From Azolla caroliniana (taxonomy: Eukaryota > Plantae > Polypodiophyta), in the NCBI GenBank assembly GCA_043228905.1, contig JBHGNT010000004.1, positions 23,064,001 to 23,128,000 of the forward strand: DNA of 64,000 nt. The letters run 5' to 3'. Numbering within the stretch: position 1 is the first letter of the stretch; each line of letters opens with the position of its first letter. The notes under the pieces were generated by a model that had not been told where the DNA came from, did no database searches, and worked only from the letters and a program-made list of their open reading frames with translations. Positions 36,626-64,000 of this stretch are shown piece by piece. The translations under genes were made by a program, and so were the position numbers.

Positions 36626-37015
36626 ATGAAGGGAAAGCTATTAGTCGATTAATAGCTTATTATGTGGACTTACATGAAGGGAAAGTTATTAATTGATTAA
36701 TGGCTTATTATGTGGAGTTACATGAAGGGAAAGCTATTAATTGATTAATAGCTTTTGATTAATGTGGACGAAAGCTATTAATCGATTAACACAAGTATGT
36801 GGATTCAAGTCCCTACTTTTGGGTATTTTTTTACACTATTTTTGTTACAAGTATGTGGATCATTTCTTCTAAACCACATGTCAGGCATAGACATCATGCA
36901 CAATCTCCATAGGCACCAAAAAACAGACATAGACATCACGCACAATCTCCATAGACACCAAAAATCAAACATAGACATCACGTACAATCTCCATAGATAC
37001 CAAAAAACAAACATA
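36626..37015. repeat. Two minisatellite arrays (~48-bp x3-4 and 42-bp x3) inside the Tc1/pogo-like element
   Basis: atgaagggaaagctatta..tgtggacttac units at 36626-36790; catagacatcacgcacaatctccatag..aaa units at 36886-37015. Confidence 0.85.
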
Positions 37016-37899
37016 CAAAAGAAATATATGTATATACCTGAGTGATTACAACATCAAGGAGGGCCTGAGCGATGACTATTTGGGCTATGCTTTCTCAGAC
37101 TTACAACAGAAAAAAATGGGTTTTTTTTTAATACTAAAAAAGCCCTAAGTGCGCACTTTTCCCTTGTGTTCAAAGTACGCACTTAACCGAATGGTTACTG
37201 TACTCAACCACTAATGTCTCATGTCGACGAATATTAGGAAGGGTAGTACCTTAACAATATCATCACGACAAAACCTAGCCCGCCCCACTTGTGTCTCAAT
37301 ACTTCAGCCATCACGTAGTGTGCCTTATGAGGATAGGTTTCCTTCATATTTATACTTCTTCCTAGGCCCCTTGATTATATGTGCTTTTCTAAAAGACTCT
37401 CCATTAATTGGTTGTCAAGATCATGACAATGCATGCACCTATCATTCCTTCTATCCAATCACATTTGTCCCTTTCTAAAATTAGTGAACATAACCGTGAC
37501 TAATGTTTTGTAAATATTCGTGACCTACACTCACGTACGTTATGTGTGCATAACACAAAGAGGAGATCTAGTTGAATTATGTGAGATTTCAAGCAATTCA
37601 ATGTTGTGCAACTCTGAAACTAAATGACATGGTTGGTTTTGTAGCGCTTGAGGGAGAATGTTGGGTATGAACAAGCACCAACAACCCACATTTTGAAACA
37701 TAAGAGCGGTGGTGCATTAAATATAGTACATGGATTAGTCATTAGGACTAACAACCTATTGTATAAATATTTTCGTAACTCACCTTGTACCCAATCTTTA
37801 TTGTAATCATGCTTAGTACCTAATAATGAATATAATGTGCCATTGTTTATAATCTAATTTTCTATGACATCCCCTTATTTTTTGCAAACATTAGCAAAA

Positions 37900-40110
37900 T
37901 CCACAAATCTATGTCCAATTAACCATTTTGAATCATATGGGGAATTGGATGAAATATTGTGATATTTTCTTAGAGTAGATGTGTACCGGAACATTTTATT
38001 GAATAAGTTCATGTGTTAAAATAGTGTACCTTGTACCACAAGTATGAAAGGTCCATATAAGCACGAGAGCATGATCAACGAGTAAAGGAGTCTATTGACA
38101 AAGAGTTTCTCCATTGAAACTCATATGTTCGAACCAATCCAATTCTTGTGGTCAAGGAAAAGGATGGATCCATGTCTATATATGTAGACTATCGTGGGGT
38201 TCATTGTTAACACAATACTATAAAACATAAGTATTTACTACCCTTGGTTGAAGATTTGGTGGATGAAGTATTTTTTGAAGATGGATACATGTTGTGTTAT
38301 AATCAAGTTCATATGTGGACATGATACGTGAACATTGATTTTTGACTTTTTCATTTTGTCATTTGGCTTAACTGCAATAAATTATCTTATAGTTGACATC
38401 CTTGGACCTTATTTGGAGAATTTGTTTTCTTATTTTTAGATGACAAACCCATTTATCGTAAGACCTTGACAAAGTCTTTAGTAAACTTACAACTTGTCTT
38501 TTGAATGCTATAGACAAAACAATTTGTATGTTGAAGAGTGCAAGTGTGAGGTTTTCAAAATCCCCCTACATTACCAATGCACATTTGAAGATGGATCCAT
38601 AAAACACGTGAGATTATTGAATGATCAGATATTATCAACATCCAATGTTCAATTTTTCTTGATCTTATCAACTTTTGTGGTTGCTTTATAAAAAATTATG
38701 CATTCAAGCCAATACCTATCACTAACATGTTAAATAAAGTAAAATATCTCATTTGCCACCATTTATCAAGAAAAGCTTTGAAAATCTCCAATACGCAATT
38801 TACAACTATTGTTTCCCCCCCCCCCCCCCCCCCAAAAAAAAAAACTCCTTCCATTAGTTATAAAATTTTACAAACGAGATCATTATGTACAAATCCCTCT
38901 AGGGACGTGATAGTTTCATCTTATGTGGATGCCCACTGACTCAAGAAAGGTAGAGGACAACCATTGTTGGATGAAGGCTATTCGTTATCTTGCAACTCCA
39001 TTGGAGTTGCCATTGAGACCATCATATTGGCTCTTTCAGGTGACTACAATTTCACTCCATATCTGTTGCAATAACATTGTTGGATGCGCGGTTTGGTTGG
39101 AGAAGACCTGTCTACACCGTTGTTTCCATAGAATCCAGAGAGTTATTGGGTTGACCAATTCCAATACAACTTGAGATTTGTCATTAAGCGGAGTTGAGTG
39201 GACATTGCCGCTGGCGGAGAAAAAAAACCTCTTGTGCTTTTATCACCAAAGTCATCCCCTCCTCCTGATGCATGTATCTACTGATTGGGGTCTGCCATGA
39301 TAGCCAATATATATTACCCCATTGGATTGAGCCTTGCACCTGGCATAATTGCAACAAGCGGTCAACCCCCCGCCATATTTGATGGGATGTTGGGCAGTCC
39401 CACTGAGCGTGTCATATTGATTCTACTGCATTTGGGCACTCTACACAATTCGGAGAGCTAAGGTTCCCACGTTGTCATGCTCCCACCGGTAGTGACTTAT
39501 GTATTAATAGTCATTAGAATGTGGTAATTCGCCTCGCATGTTGTTGTTTCCAGATTTTCTGCCAAAACTTGGTGATAATTGTGTAAGGAACTTGATATGT
39601 GTGTCAAACCTTTGCAGCAACCGGCTCTCGGGCGGTTTGAGCAACTAGAATGTGGCGACCCAAACTACTTGTGAATTGGAAGAAAGGGATGGGTTTACTT
39701 TGATTGGATCAGGGTCTACAATCCATTTATGACCAGTATACGCGAGTAATCGAATTGCGTTATTCTGTGTGGGCTCAGTGTCTAGCAATTCAGAGCCAAT
39801 TTACAACTATTGTTGATAGTAATAAACCTTGTGATGTGAACATAGATGCAAGGGATTTTGCAATTTAGACATTTCTTTCCAAGCAAACAATTGTTTTGAA
39901 TTCAAGAGATCATTCTAAATGCATGTATGCAATTTATGAATGAGAGTCTTTGTGGTCTTTCGTGACACTTTGAGAAAAGGGTGCAAATATATATGTGGAG
40001 CTACGTTCTCAAATAGATTTTGATCAAGATTTTAAATGGTTGAACTCTCAAAAATACTTGAGGCAAAGGAAGGCCTAATGGCTAATTATATTCAAATTAT
40101 ATAGTTAACA
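37900..40110 (+). mobile_element. Decayed Ty3/Gypsy RT-RNase H fragment, interrupted by a LINE
   Basis: PILVVKEKDGSMSIYVDYRG at ~38139-38198, FVFLFLDD at ~38422, RNase H-like VNIDARDFAI at ~39836. Confidence 0.7.
38814..39796 (-). mobile_element. 5'-truncated L1-type LINE with 18-bp TSD
   Basis: TSD caatttacaactattgtt at 38796-38813 and 39797-39814. The minus strand encodes TLWILWKQRCRQVFSNQTAHP..IWSEIV..KSQYD, homologous to the LINE at 61678. Confidence 0.85.
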
Positions 40111-43100
40111 TTGCCATTAAGGAAGATAGATACACATAGTCAATGTGGATGCACAAAACAAAGTCCAACACCTATTAGGTCCGGCAACACCATCTTTAAC
40201 TCTGTGGTTCTAGCAAAAATCATGTGCTCAATACTTTCTCATATGATTTTGCAAAGAGTGCATGATCACCTCATCACACATACATGTTCTCTAGCAATGA
40301 GCATGTATTACCATACAACACACCACATGTTCTAGCAACACCATAAATCAAGGTGACCCCAATAACAACAATCATGAAGATATAAAAAACACATTACCAG
40401 TACCCCAAGCGATTGGTTGTTCACCTTAATGAACCACCACTTCCAAAATAATTTGACGGCAAGCTTGTCTTTGATGTTAAACAACATTTACTTGACACAT
40501 ACATTGAGCCTACAATCAATTTATTAGTTTTAATGGATTTTTATAATAATAAAAAGAACAACCTCGCAAAGGTTGATCTCAAGTAATGACTGGCCCAAAG
40601 GACAACTCAATCCCTTCTTGGATACATAATAATCATAGCTCATGGTGTATAAGAGTCAAAAACACTCATTTGTATGCCTATTAACCTCATACGCATTCCC
40701 TTAGAAGGACTTTTTTAGTTATAGGCAATAATTCATCTTCGTATAATTTATTCATCTTTCTAAAGTGGCCGATATCCTTAGGGATGCAAATCTCAACTCC
40801 AAGCATATTATTAATGATTGCATCCATGGGCATATCAAACATTTTTCCTCTCTAGGATGTTGAAATGTTAGCAAAATTTCACACTAGTAAGCAATTGTAT
40901 TATTTCTTAACTTTCGACTCTTTCTCTTTAATTTGAAAGAAGGAATAAGTTACGTTGTCATTTATGTATTTTTTATCAAATCATGAATGTTTTCCACATA
41001 CAGTTCAAAGTTCACACATTCATTTGGTTTGTTTCCTATTATGTATTCTTTAGCCTCATATGGCCATGGGTGTCATACCAAAATGGTATGTTTCAATTCA
41101 AGTCCAAACAAGAAATTGCCTTATTTTAAGGTCATGTTGTGTGCATCCAGCCTCAATAACTTCACAAAGATTGCTTGTAGTACTACCTAATGTGATAATG
41201 GCCATGTTAAGAAGGATCTTATGGCAAAAGCATTTCAAAATGACACGGGCAATACATTGAGTGTGGTTTAAAAAGAGCATTCTGTTTTATATGTTAATGG
41301 TTGGGATATTACATTATCGTGAAATTTTCAAGATGATTGTTTTTACTTACAAGACTTGTGATAATTGCATGTCAATTTAAAATATATGGAAGATGGTATT
41401 ATTTTTAGATAGTATGGATGAATTTGCAATATTACATTTACTTGATTCATTTTGATGTGAGATTTAATGATAGAATGTTCAACATGATTCTATCAAACAC
41501 TATGTGATACGATGAGGTGACAAGATAAGGTGGCATTTATTGAGCCAATAACATGATTCTATAAAATGTAACATAATTGTGTTACCCTATTATGTTATGG
41601 CATATTCACATCAAACAGAGTGAGTTACTTAAAATGTATGGTTGCAGATTTTGATGAAATTTATGACGGTACATAGTTAAACGCATGAATAAGAGTTGTG
41701 TACATGAAATGATTCGAACATCGTATGAGGAGGTTTTGGTGAAAACAAGAACACATCGGCTTGTGTGCATTATGCATCTCAATGGTAATGATATTATTAG
41801 CATTTGATATTTACACCAAGAAAGCATTTATATTTGCTTGAAGAGAGTAAGATGTCATCCAATCCAAGTAAATGAACCACTTTTTTGAGCAACCATATAA
41901 ATAGTATTGAGAAAGATCAAGCTTACTTTTAAATATCTATGACTAAAACCATAACATTTTAATTCAGCCTATTCGAGCTTATAGATGTATCTTAAATTCT
42001 GTCTTCTTCCTTTTTTGTATCTATCATGTAAAGATGTCCTCACTTCTATCTTTCTAGAGAACACAAGCCCCATAACTTGAACCTGACCATTATATTTTTC
42101 CTTCTTGTATATGATTGGCACAAAAATAGGAATAACCTTTTTGGAAAAAAAGGAATCACCAAACAAGCAATGGTGCCGGAATTGATATTTTTTCTACATT
42201 TATACTTCACAAAAATAGGAATCTCCACCCAAATTTTTTATTGCTTCATAAAAACAAACCATGAATTCTTTAACATATCATAGGCATGATCTTTGAAAGG
42301 TGAATGCTACTGAAGTAGAAACTGTTTGTTTTAAACATAGATCCTCATGACGGCTCAAAGGAGGTTCTCCATCATAACTCCAGTAGTACCATTGCATGGT
42401 TAACATTGGAGGTGTACAAGAATTAATAAGTTTCTTCCTACAAAGTAGGATCATGAATTAATAATAAGGGTGTACACTTGCATGATACATTTCATAGGTC
42501 ATTTGAGCATGGCACACTTGAACAATAAGTTTGTTGCCTATTACCTATATTGAAATGTATCATACCCCAACTTCTCCCTTGGATGCATGTAACCTTCATG
42601 AATGGTAACTTCCATCCTATAATATCATGTTCAATAAGCGGTGGCCACGTATGGAAATTATCACTTTACTTACGTTGGAAGTAAGTCACTTTGCTCCATT
42701 GTGTGAGTGTGTGTAATACACAAAACTCCAACCACAACATATGAGTGACCAAATTCCCACTTGCCTCTATGTATTAACCCACTTATCATTGAAATAATCA
42801 CAAGCCATACTTACCTCGTAAATATTCAACTCACACATCAATCCATCAATGAAAGATAATCAATATAAAGTATCAATTATTGGTCTTAGACTCCTTTCAT
42901 TTATTGACCAAATCCTATGCGAATGATAATGTACTTACTCCTAGGAACACCCATACTCTCTACATTGCAATGCATTGTGTGTTATCTTGATTCCATTTCA
43001 ACTCTTACAAAATATGTTTATTTCCATTTACACACTACACCCATAAGTTCTATGTTATTATGGTGATTTAATCGAGACAATTGTTTAGAAGTTTGTTCGG

Positions 43101-43258
43101 TCACATTTTTTTACATTCTAACCTTCTATAGAGGCTATCGCTTTTAAATTGACAAGCGCTCGATATATTCAATGTTTCAGTACTCAAAATGATATACTAT
43201 TGGCTTGTCATAATCAACCTTATCAGCTTTGGATTTTATAACATTAAGTTTGACCATT

Positions 43259-43770
43259 GTTTTTTTTTTTCCAAATAAGAATATACTCCATTAGTTAAAA
43301 TGATCCACAATACACAACTTTATTTTGAGAGAATAAACTCAAAAAAATGGACCAAAATAATTATCCGACAATGTTATGATATATGTTTTTTGCAATTCTC
43401 TGAAATTTGTTTAATGTTAAAGGACATATGTGAAATAAAATGCATACATGCACAATGGAATTTGCTTGGAGGCACTATTTGTAGTAATATATACCCCATG
43501 TTTTTACTTTGCAATTCACCAACAATGGCTTGTCTCCACCTTCCCTTTTGTGTTTTTTTTACTCCAACAACCCTCACAACTCCAAACTTTATTTTCTTCT
43601 AGACCTTCATGAGCATCAAAACTATTATGACACCCTCATCATAAGCAATGTCTTAAGTGGTATAAATGAGGACCAACCACACACACATATTGCAACAACT
43701 CTAATAGCATTTCATAATGGTAGCTTCAAGATCATTTGTAAGAAATCTGAAAGAGAACTGTATCATATTT
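43259..43770 (-). mobile_element. Probable decayed LINE 3' end
   Basis: Poly(T) followed by ccaaa..ccattagtta, the same 3'-end signature as the other LINEs; imperfect flanking repeat agtttga(a)cca. Confidence 0.4.
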
Positions 43771-44865
43771 GAGTTTGAACCATGAATATTTTATTTCATT
43801 TATTTGGGGGAGCTTTTTGGCTTTCATGCATGAATTTTGGTCTATTAGAGGGTTAATGGGGTATGGCACACATATACAATGGAGTTAGAAAGGGATACAA
43901 TTAGAGTACCATGACCCAAGTCATTAAATAACTTACCATTTCAGGATTCAATGATCATCAGATATCATTATAAGGTGCCACCTTGTCCTAAATATTGAAT
44001 CACAGTAAAGCATCCAAATCACCCATGATGTTGACATAATGTGGCATAAACTCATATTGAGAAGATCTGAATCTGAGTAGACGTCTAACCTCACATCAAT
44101 TCTATGCTACATTTTATTGTAAAATGTCTTTACTTTTGTAGCCTACAGATACAAATTGGGTCAGAATCAATATTCTACTTTGATGGTGAGTTGATGTAGT
44201 TATGACACCATAAGATAGATTCATTAAGTTGCAGATCAATAAACAATTAGGTTCTCCACTAGCTTTATGGAGTTTATTGTTCCATGCTGGTTGCTCTGTA
44301 CATTATTGTGCATCTCTATATTATGAATAAACAGGCAGAGGATGGTTGGAATGAAAGGCAAACATAGCAATGAAAACCCTAGAACCTGAATAGCAACAAT
44401 GCATCGATAGAACCATTTATAATTATACGCGACATAAAATAACAAACTATTTCACATCACAATTTGTCGTAACAGCAGGGAACAGATACTTGTCGGACTG
44501 CTTGAAAAAACTAGCATTCTTTGAATAAAACTCTCCTTTCCGAAAACACATAGACACCATTGTCACGTGCTTTTGTGAAACTGGTGCTAGCATGGAACGA
44601 CTGCTTTTCTTTTATACACATTCATTGATTTTGACAAGCAATAATAAATACCGCTTGTCCATGTAGAAGTTGGTTCTCGCAAACAAAGCTATTGAAACAA
44701 TGGAGACCATATACATAAGAAATTTCTCTCAAACAAGCCCATATGATACAACTTCAAAGTGGATACACCTTGATATCGACGAAACACTACTTCCAGAAGA
44801 GCAAGAACTATCACTCTTCTTTGAGAACCAACTACATCAAATAATTTTGTAAGAAGAGAATCAGA

Positions 44866-59274
<14,409 letters not shown>

Positions 59275-60650
59275 AATCCTTTGGTATACTCACTTCAGGC
59301 AATCTAAGCATAAGGAAATAATCCTTTCACAGAGCTCCAATGAGATTCTCTAATTATGTTTATTCCAAGGCGATAAGGTCCACCGTAATTGTTTGCAAAC
59401 ACTCATATTAGGCACTTGAAGCATACATGAAAAACTTCTCTCACTAAGCATGAATAACATACTGCAATATTGAAGAGATTTGATCATGCTTCTTGGTTCA
59501 CCAGGCGTGCCTAGCAGAACGTAACTCAGAAAAGACATTGAATAGATATCCAATCAATGTGAGAAATTTTCATTATGCTCCTGTGATCCAGGGGGGCTGT
59601 CCATTGGAATTCATCAAAAATTCATCAAAAAACTGCTTGTATTTCCAAAAACAAAAGCTTGCTATTATTCGACCTCTTGTAAATTCAACAATGACCAAAA
59701 GGCTCTTCCTGATCAGCCTCTCTCTTTTACGATGTAAGTCTTCCTATTAGCCCTCTCTTTGAAGTTTTGTCAAATATAACAAAGCTTGCTATACGGCCAA
59801 TTATGAAATCTTGCCGATGCTTGAAAATATGAATCCTTCCATATTGTAGTGCTATTAGAGAATACTTATCTGGGAACAATCCGAGTTGAACTGAGACAGA
59901 GATCTTCACGGAAGGAGCAGAGATTCACACTTTGAGACAAAATGGAACAAAACAAACCAGAAGCCTCTCCTCAACCACGAGAGATTCTGGTTCTAAACAA
60001 CTCCTCAAACAAAAGGATTCTGCTTCCAGAAACCAGAAGATATCTCCAAAACCAATTATGTTGCTTCCGAAATCCAGAAGCAAAAAAATCTGGTTCCGAA
60101 GACCTGAAGAATCTCCTCACAGAAAAAACACTCACTTTTCTCTGCTCCCCTTTGAAAAGCAGTGTTTAATCCAAACCAGTTCCAAAACGAGAGGAGATAG
60201 ATAGATAGGTAGATAGATAGATAGATATGGACAAAGAGGTTGCGCGAGAGAGAAAAAAGGGATGTTCTGCTTACTTGTGGAGCCGAGAATGATTTAGATC
60301 TTCAAGGGGAAGGGATCCAAGAATGGCGGGAAAAAGCAAAAGAAAAAGCACAGTCCAAATCCCTGCTCCTATCCTCGATGGTGATGGCGATGGCGATGGC
60401 GATAGTAAAAAGGGGGGGAGGGAGAGAGAGAGAGAGAGAGGGATTGGAAAATCCTAAAAAGAGAAGGGAGAGAGGGCAGAGTAAGTATGAGGAGGCCCTG
60501 CAGTGGTGGCTATGGCGATCGATCCGCAGGAAAGGAGGAAGAAAAAGGGAAGGGTGGGCGATCGATGGATCGATGGATCGATCGATCGGAGGGAGAAGGA
60601 GAAGGAGAGGTCCCCTTTTTCTGTGTGTCTGCGTCTGTGCCTGGCTCTCT
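59275..60650 (-). promoter_or_regulatory. PI4KB 5' UTR with probable leader intron (~60274-59304) and CT-rich leader exon
   Basis: Minus-strand donor AA|GTAAGC at ~60274, acceptor TTAG| at 59304; GA/CT microsatellites upstream. Confidence 0.55.
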
Positions 60651-60767
60651 CGTGTGACCCACCCCACCCCTGCTCTGTTTCCCCTGTTTCTCTCACTTCT
60701 TCTTTCATTATCTCTGTTTTGTTTTGTTTTGTCTGCTCTTCCATTCTCATCTTCTTTTCAATTTGTA

Positions 60768-61017
60768 CATATACCATACCATACCATACACATACACATA
60801 CATATATGTACCATATACACACATACATACGTGCCATATATACATACATGCATACATACATGCCATATATACATACATACATACACACATGCCATATATG
60901 GCATACATACATACATACATACCTACATACATACATGCCTTATATACATACATACATACCTACACACAACATGCCTTATATACATATCATATGATCGTCG
61001 TATTACACATACATACA
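60768..61017. repeat. (TACA/CATA)n compound microsatellite
   Basis: Degenerate tetranucleotide run. Confidence 0.9.
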
Positions 61018-61677
61018 TCGTTCCGTACCTCCAACCACTTGGATTCGTCATCGTATGTGTTCTCCTCGTATATTGCCGTGGACATCCTGCTTTTTGTTCC
61101 CTTCTTGCATTGCATTACTGAGGTAAGTTTGTCATGCTTCTCCTCGTATGTTTGCGACTCTCGTTCGACTCCATGGGCCCCGAGTCCCTTCGCCTTGTAT
61201 TCGGGTATAGAGAACTAGGTTTCTCTTCACGTGTCTCGGGAATACGATAGATTGGCTCTCGTAAAATGCATGGATTTCAAATCTTGTACCCTGTCCCGTG
61301 TGTTCATGCATGTTAGTGCTTGGATCCATTCCTTGTATACATAGATGTGATGCATGCTTGCTATGATTAGATCTTACTAATGATACTATTGAACATTAAG
61401 AAATAAATGAGGATGGTGTTCCTCCCCAAGCTAAGGATTTGAGCCCAACAAAGTCCCATACCACCATATATGGTCAAGAGATGTACCTCATCTTAGATTA
61501 GAGGAAAGGCTCCTTGAGAAAAGAACTTCACCAAGCCACCCAAAGTCTTAAAGTCTCACCAAGGAGATGATAAAATGCGGTAGCTAGACCCATATGTTTT
61601 TATATCTTAGCCAAAGGCTCCTTGACCACCATATAGGTGCCTATGTGTTGCTAACCATACTAACTTGCCTCAAACCC

Positions 61678-62165
61678 AAATGGAGGCTCCTTACATGTTA
61701 AAGACAATGCAAGAGGTATGGGAGCTACTATGCACCACCACAATGTGGTTTATTTGGACTGCTAGGTGTTCTAAGGTGTTTGGTAATACTATTATTCATC
61801 CAGTGGAAAGTACACGGAATGTCTGGATGGAGATGGTACATACCTTGAAAGGACAGTATGAGGATATTAAAGGTGAGACAGATGTTGCAGTGTTGCAACG
61901 TCTCGAATTTATTGTCTATTGGAAGAAGACCCCTTTTCTCACAATACAAAATTCAAGACCTAAATGGTGTTTAGCACCACCAGTATGGTTGTTCCCACCA
62001 CCAATCACATAACTTGGTTAAGGAGTGGTGGAGTGTTGAGGGATGGGACCTAAGGAAGAATGCACCAGATCAATGGTAGCTTGATGGTAGGTCAATTTTT
62101 TGTAATGTTGTTCATAACTAATAAAAGGATATTTTTTCGGAAAAAAAAAAAAAAAAAAAAAAAAA
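61678..62165 (+). mobile_element. Recent 5'-truncated L1 LINE insertion upstream of PI4KB
   Basis: 16-bp perfect TSD aacttgcctcaaaccc (61662-61677, 62166-62181); ORF2 C-terminus MWFIWTARCSKVF; AATAAA at 62120; uninterrupted poly(A) 62141-62167. Confidence 0.93.
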
Positions 62166-64000
62166 AACTTGCCTCAAACCCGAGGCTAACTATCCTTCTT
62201 CGTTTATTCATTTATTTATCATAAATTAGAATTCCTATTTGGATCTAAAGTTAATGTCCATAACTATTCCTCTCCTAATTGTGTGTTGATATGATGTATG
62301 TGCGCCTCATCTACATTAATATGATGCATGTGCTCATCTTCACATGAATGGAACCACGTTTGTTCACGTACGCATGGATACAAATAAATGTTTTCTCTCT
62401 TCAAATCACAAGTTATACTGAGATAGGACATTTATCTCATACATATGGACATGATGTTAGTTCTTCTTAGGTATCTAAACAACCTAGACGTTTTATTTGT
62501 TGTCATATGCCACCTAATTAGACAATAATAGAGTGTGTGTTCTTCTTTAATACCTTTTCTTCTCATGGATAATGTTTGCTCTCTTGTGACCTTAATAATA
62601 CCCAAATGGAATGGTCGTTCTCTTCATATGCATAATTACATAAGGTTGTCAAGATTATCTCCTCGTATACCCCATGGTACCAATTTTTGTTCTCCTCATT
62701 GGCCTAGTCATACCATATAATGATTGCTCTATTGATATACATATCAAGATACAATGTTCATTCTCTTAATATATTTGGTGATATCACGATACAACGAGGT
62801 ATATCTATTCTCTTTATACACTTGGTGAAATCTTGATACAATGTCAATTCTCCTCACAAGATACAAGGCCCTATAATGCTCATTCTCCTTGGGTAGCTAG
62901 TGACAAAATTATGTCTTTACCATAACACATGAATACAATGTCTAGATACATGAACCTCATTGGAAGATATTATTTGTAACTCAAGTTTCCTTTTCAACTA
63001 GTGTTTTGTGAGCAACGATATATTTTTCGTGGACATTGGTTATAGAAAATGTTGTTACCTTTACAAAAGACACAATACGCTCATGTGCTTCTAGTTAAAG
63101 CCAAGCTTGAAATACCCATACCTATTTTGAGGGTCCATTTGGTTAAATGAAATCAGCCTTATTGTACTTTGCAACTTAGCATAGGCAACTAGTTTGGAAA
63201 ACTTGAACCAACCTCATAACTTGTCACCAATTTACAACATCATTACTTTGTGTAAATGTTATCCTCTTAGTTATGCTTGACTTGAAGGTTGGATCAACAT
63301 CGTGGATCAGAGACACGTGCATTACAAACTTGATTCTCCTACATAAAGGGTTTCTCACAAGCTCACAGATTGAACAACTAAAATATTGAATGGGGTTTAG
63401 AAACCAATAGCATGTATTGTTAGGCAAGGGTGCTCAAATGTAGATATCCTAGTGCCTATATTGAATGAAAAACTCAAGCAATATGTTTTAGTCTTGGACC
63501 CTAAGGTTGTGGGGTATGAATGGCCAAACCAAACTCCATAACATCAATGTTAAGAGGATGACCATAGAGACAATGCTAAGGCGGGTGACTTCTTAGGACG
63601 CTTGTTCCCAAACATACTCTAGCTATCTTGATGCATCCCACTATCAATCACAAATTAAACAATCTCAAAAAGTTCACTACTTATTAGCATTCCCCCTCAT
63701 CTCTTAATAATCTTTCCTTGCCAATCCTAAACTTCATTGAAAGTGAGCTTAGATTATTATCACAATCATCGAGTTAGGAATTGAAACATATTTTGATATC
63801 CATTTTTGAAGGACAAACTTCCATAACAAGTGAACAAATCATATTTACATGCATTACATTAATATGCTCAAGTTTTATTGGCAATAAATTTCCAATAATT
63901 AGAATGCCCTTTTGAGGAACTCCTTATTTAGACAAGAAAAGGTCATTGTGAATGGTTCAATTATAAACCTTATGTCACACTAAATATAGACAAAAGCTAT

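Larger units (their letters stand above)
35761..37200. mobile_element. Non-autonomous Tc1/mariner-pogo-like DNA transposon
   Basis: 22-bp TIRs CAGTAACCATTTGGTTAAGTGC / GCACTTAACCGAATGGTTACTG (1 mismatch). Right flank TA, left flank TG (decayed TA TSD). Confidence 0.75.

Noticed and set aside
60240-61218. 293-aa and overlapping His/Tyr/Thr-rich ORFs
   Set aside because: Translations of GA and TACA microsatellites in the PI4KB leader/promoter.

Overview
Eukaryotic land-plant nuclear DNA; the AT-rich introns, microsatellite-rich UTRs and TE types suggest a fern or other non-seed plant, which is inference. The first ~18.8 kb is a nested retrotransposon cluster. An old + strand Ty1/Copia element (B, 1726-~18760) has been hit by a - strand Copia (A, runs off the left edge), a tRNA-Trp-primed Ty3/Gypsy (C, 4171-15573), a hAT-type non-autonomous element (16035-16929) and an AT-rich insert. 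C itself contains a very young Tnt1/Tto1-like Copia (D, 6790-12226). Two intact multi-exon host genes lie on the - strand: a TTL-type TPR/thioredoxin-like gene (CDS 27049-31351) and a phosphatidylinositol 4-kinase beta (CDS 44866-59274). Intergenic DNA carries a Tc1/pogo-like element with a nested hAT MITE, several 5'-truncated LINEs with TSDs and decayed Gypsy RT fragments. The most notable observation is in Gypsy C: a textbook -1 ribosomal frameshift cassette (GGATTTT-TAG plus H-type pseudoknot) sits after gag-protease, the RT core is deleted, and a 5-nt duplication puts the frameshifted frame back in register with RNase H. All coordinates were read by eye; no searches were run.
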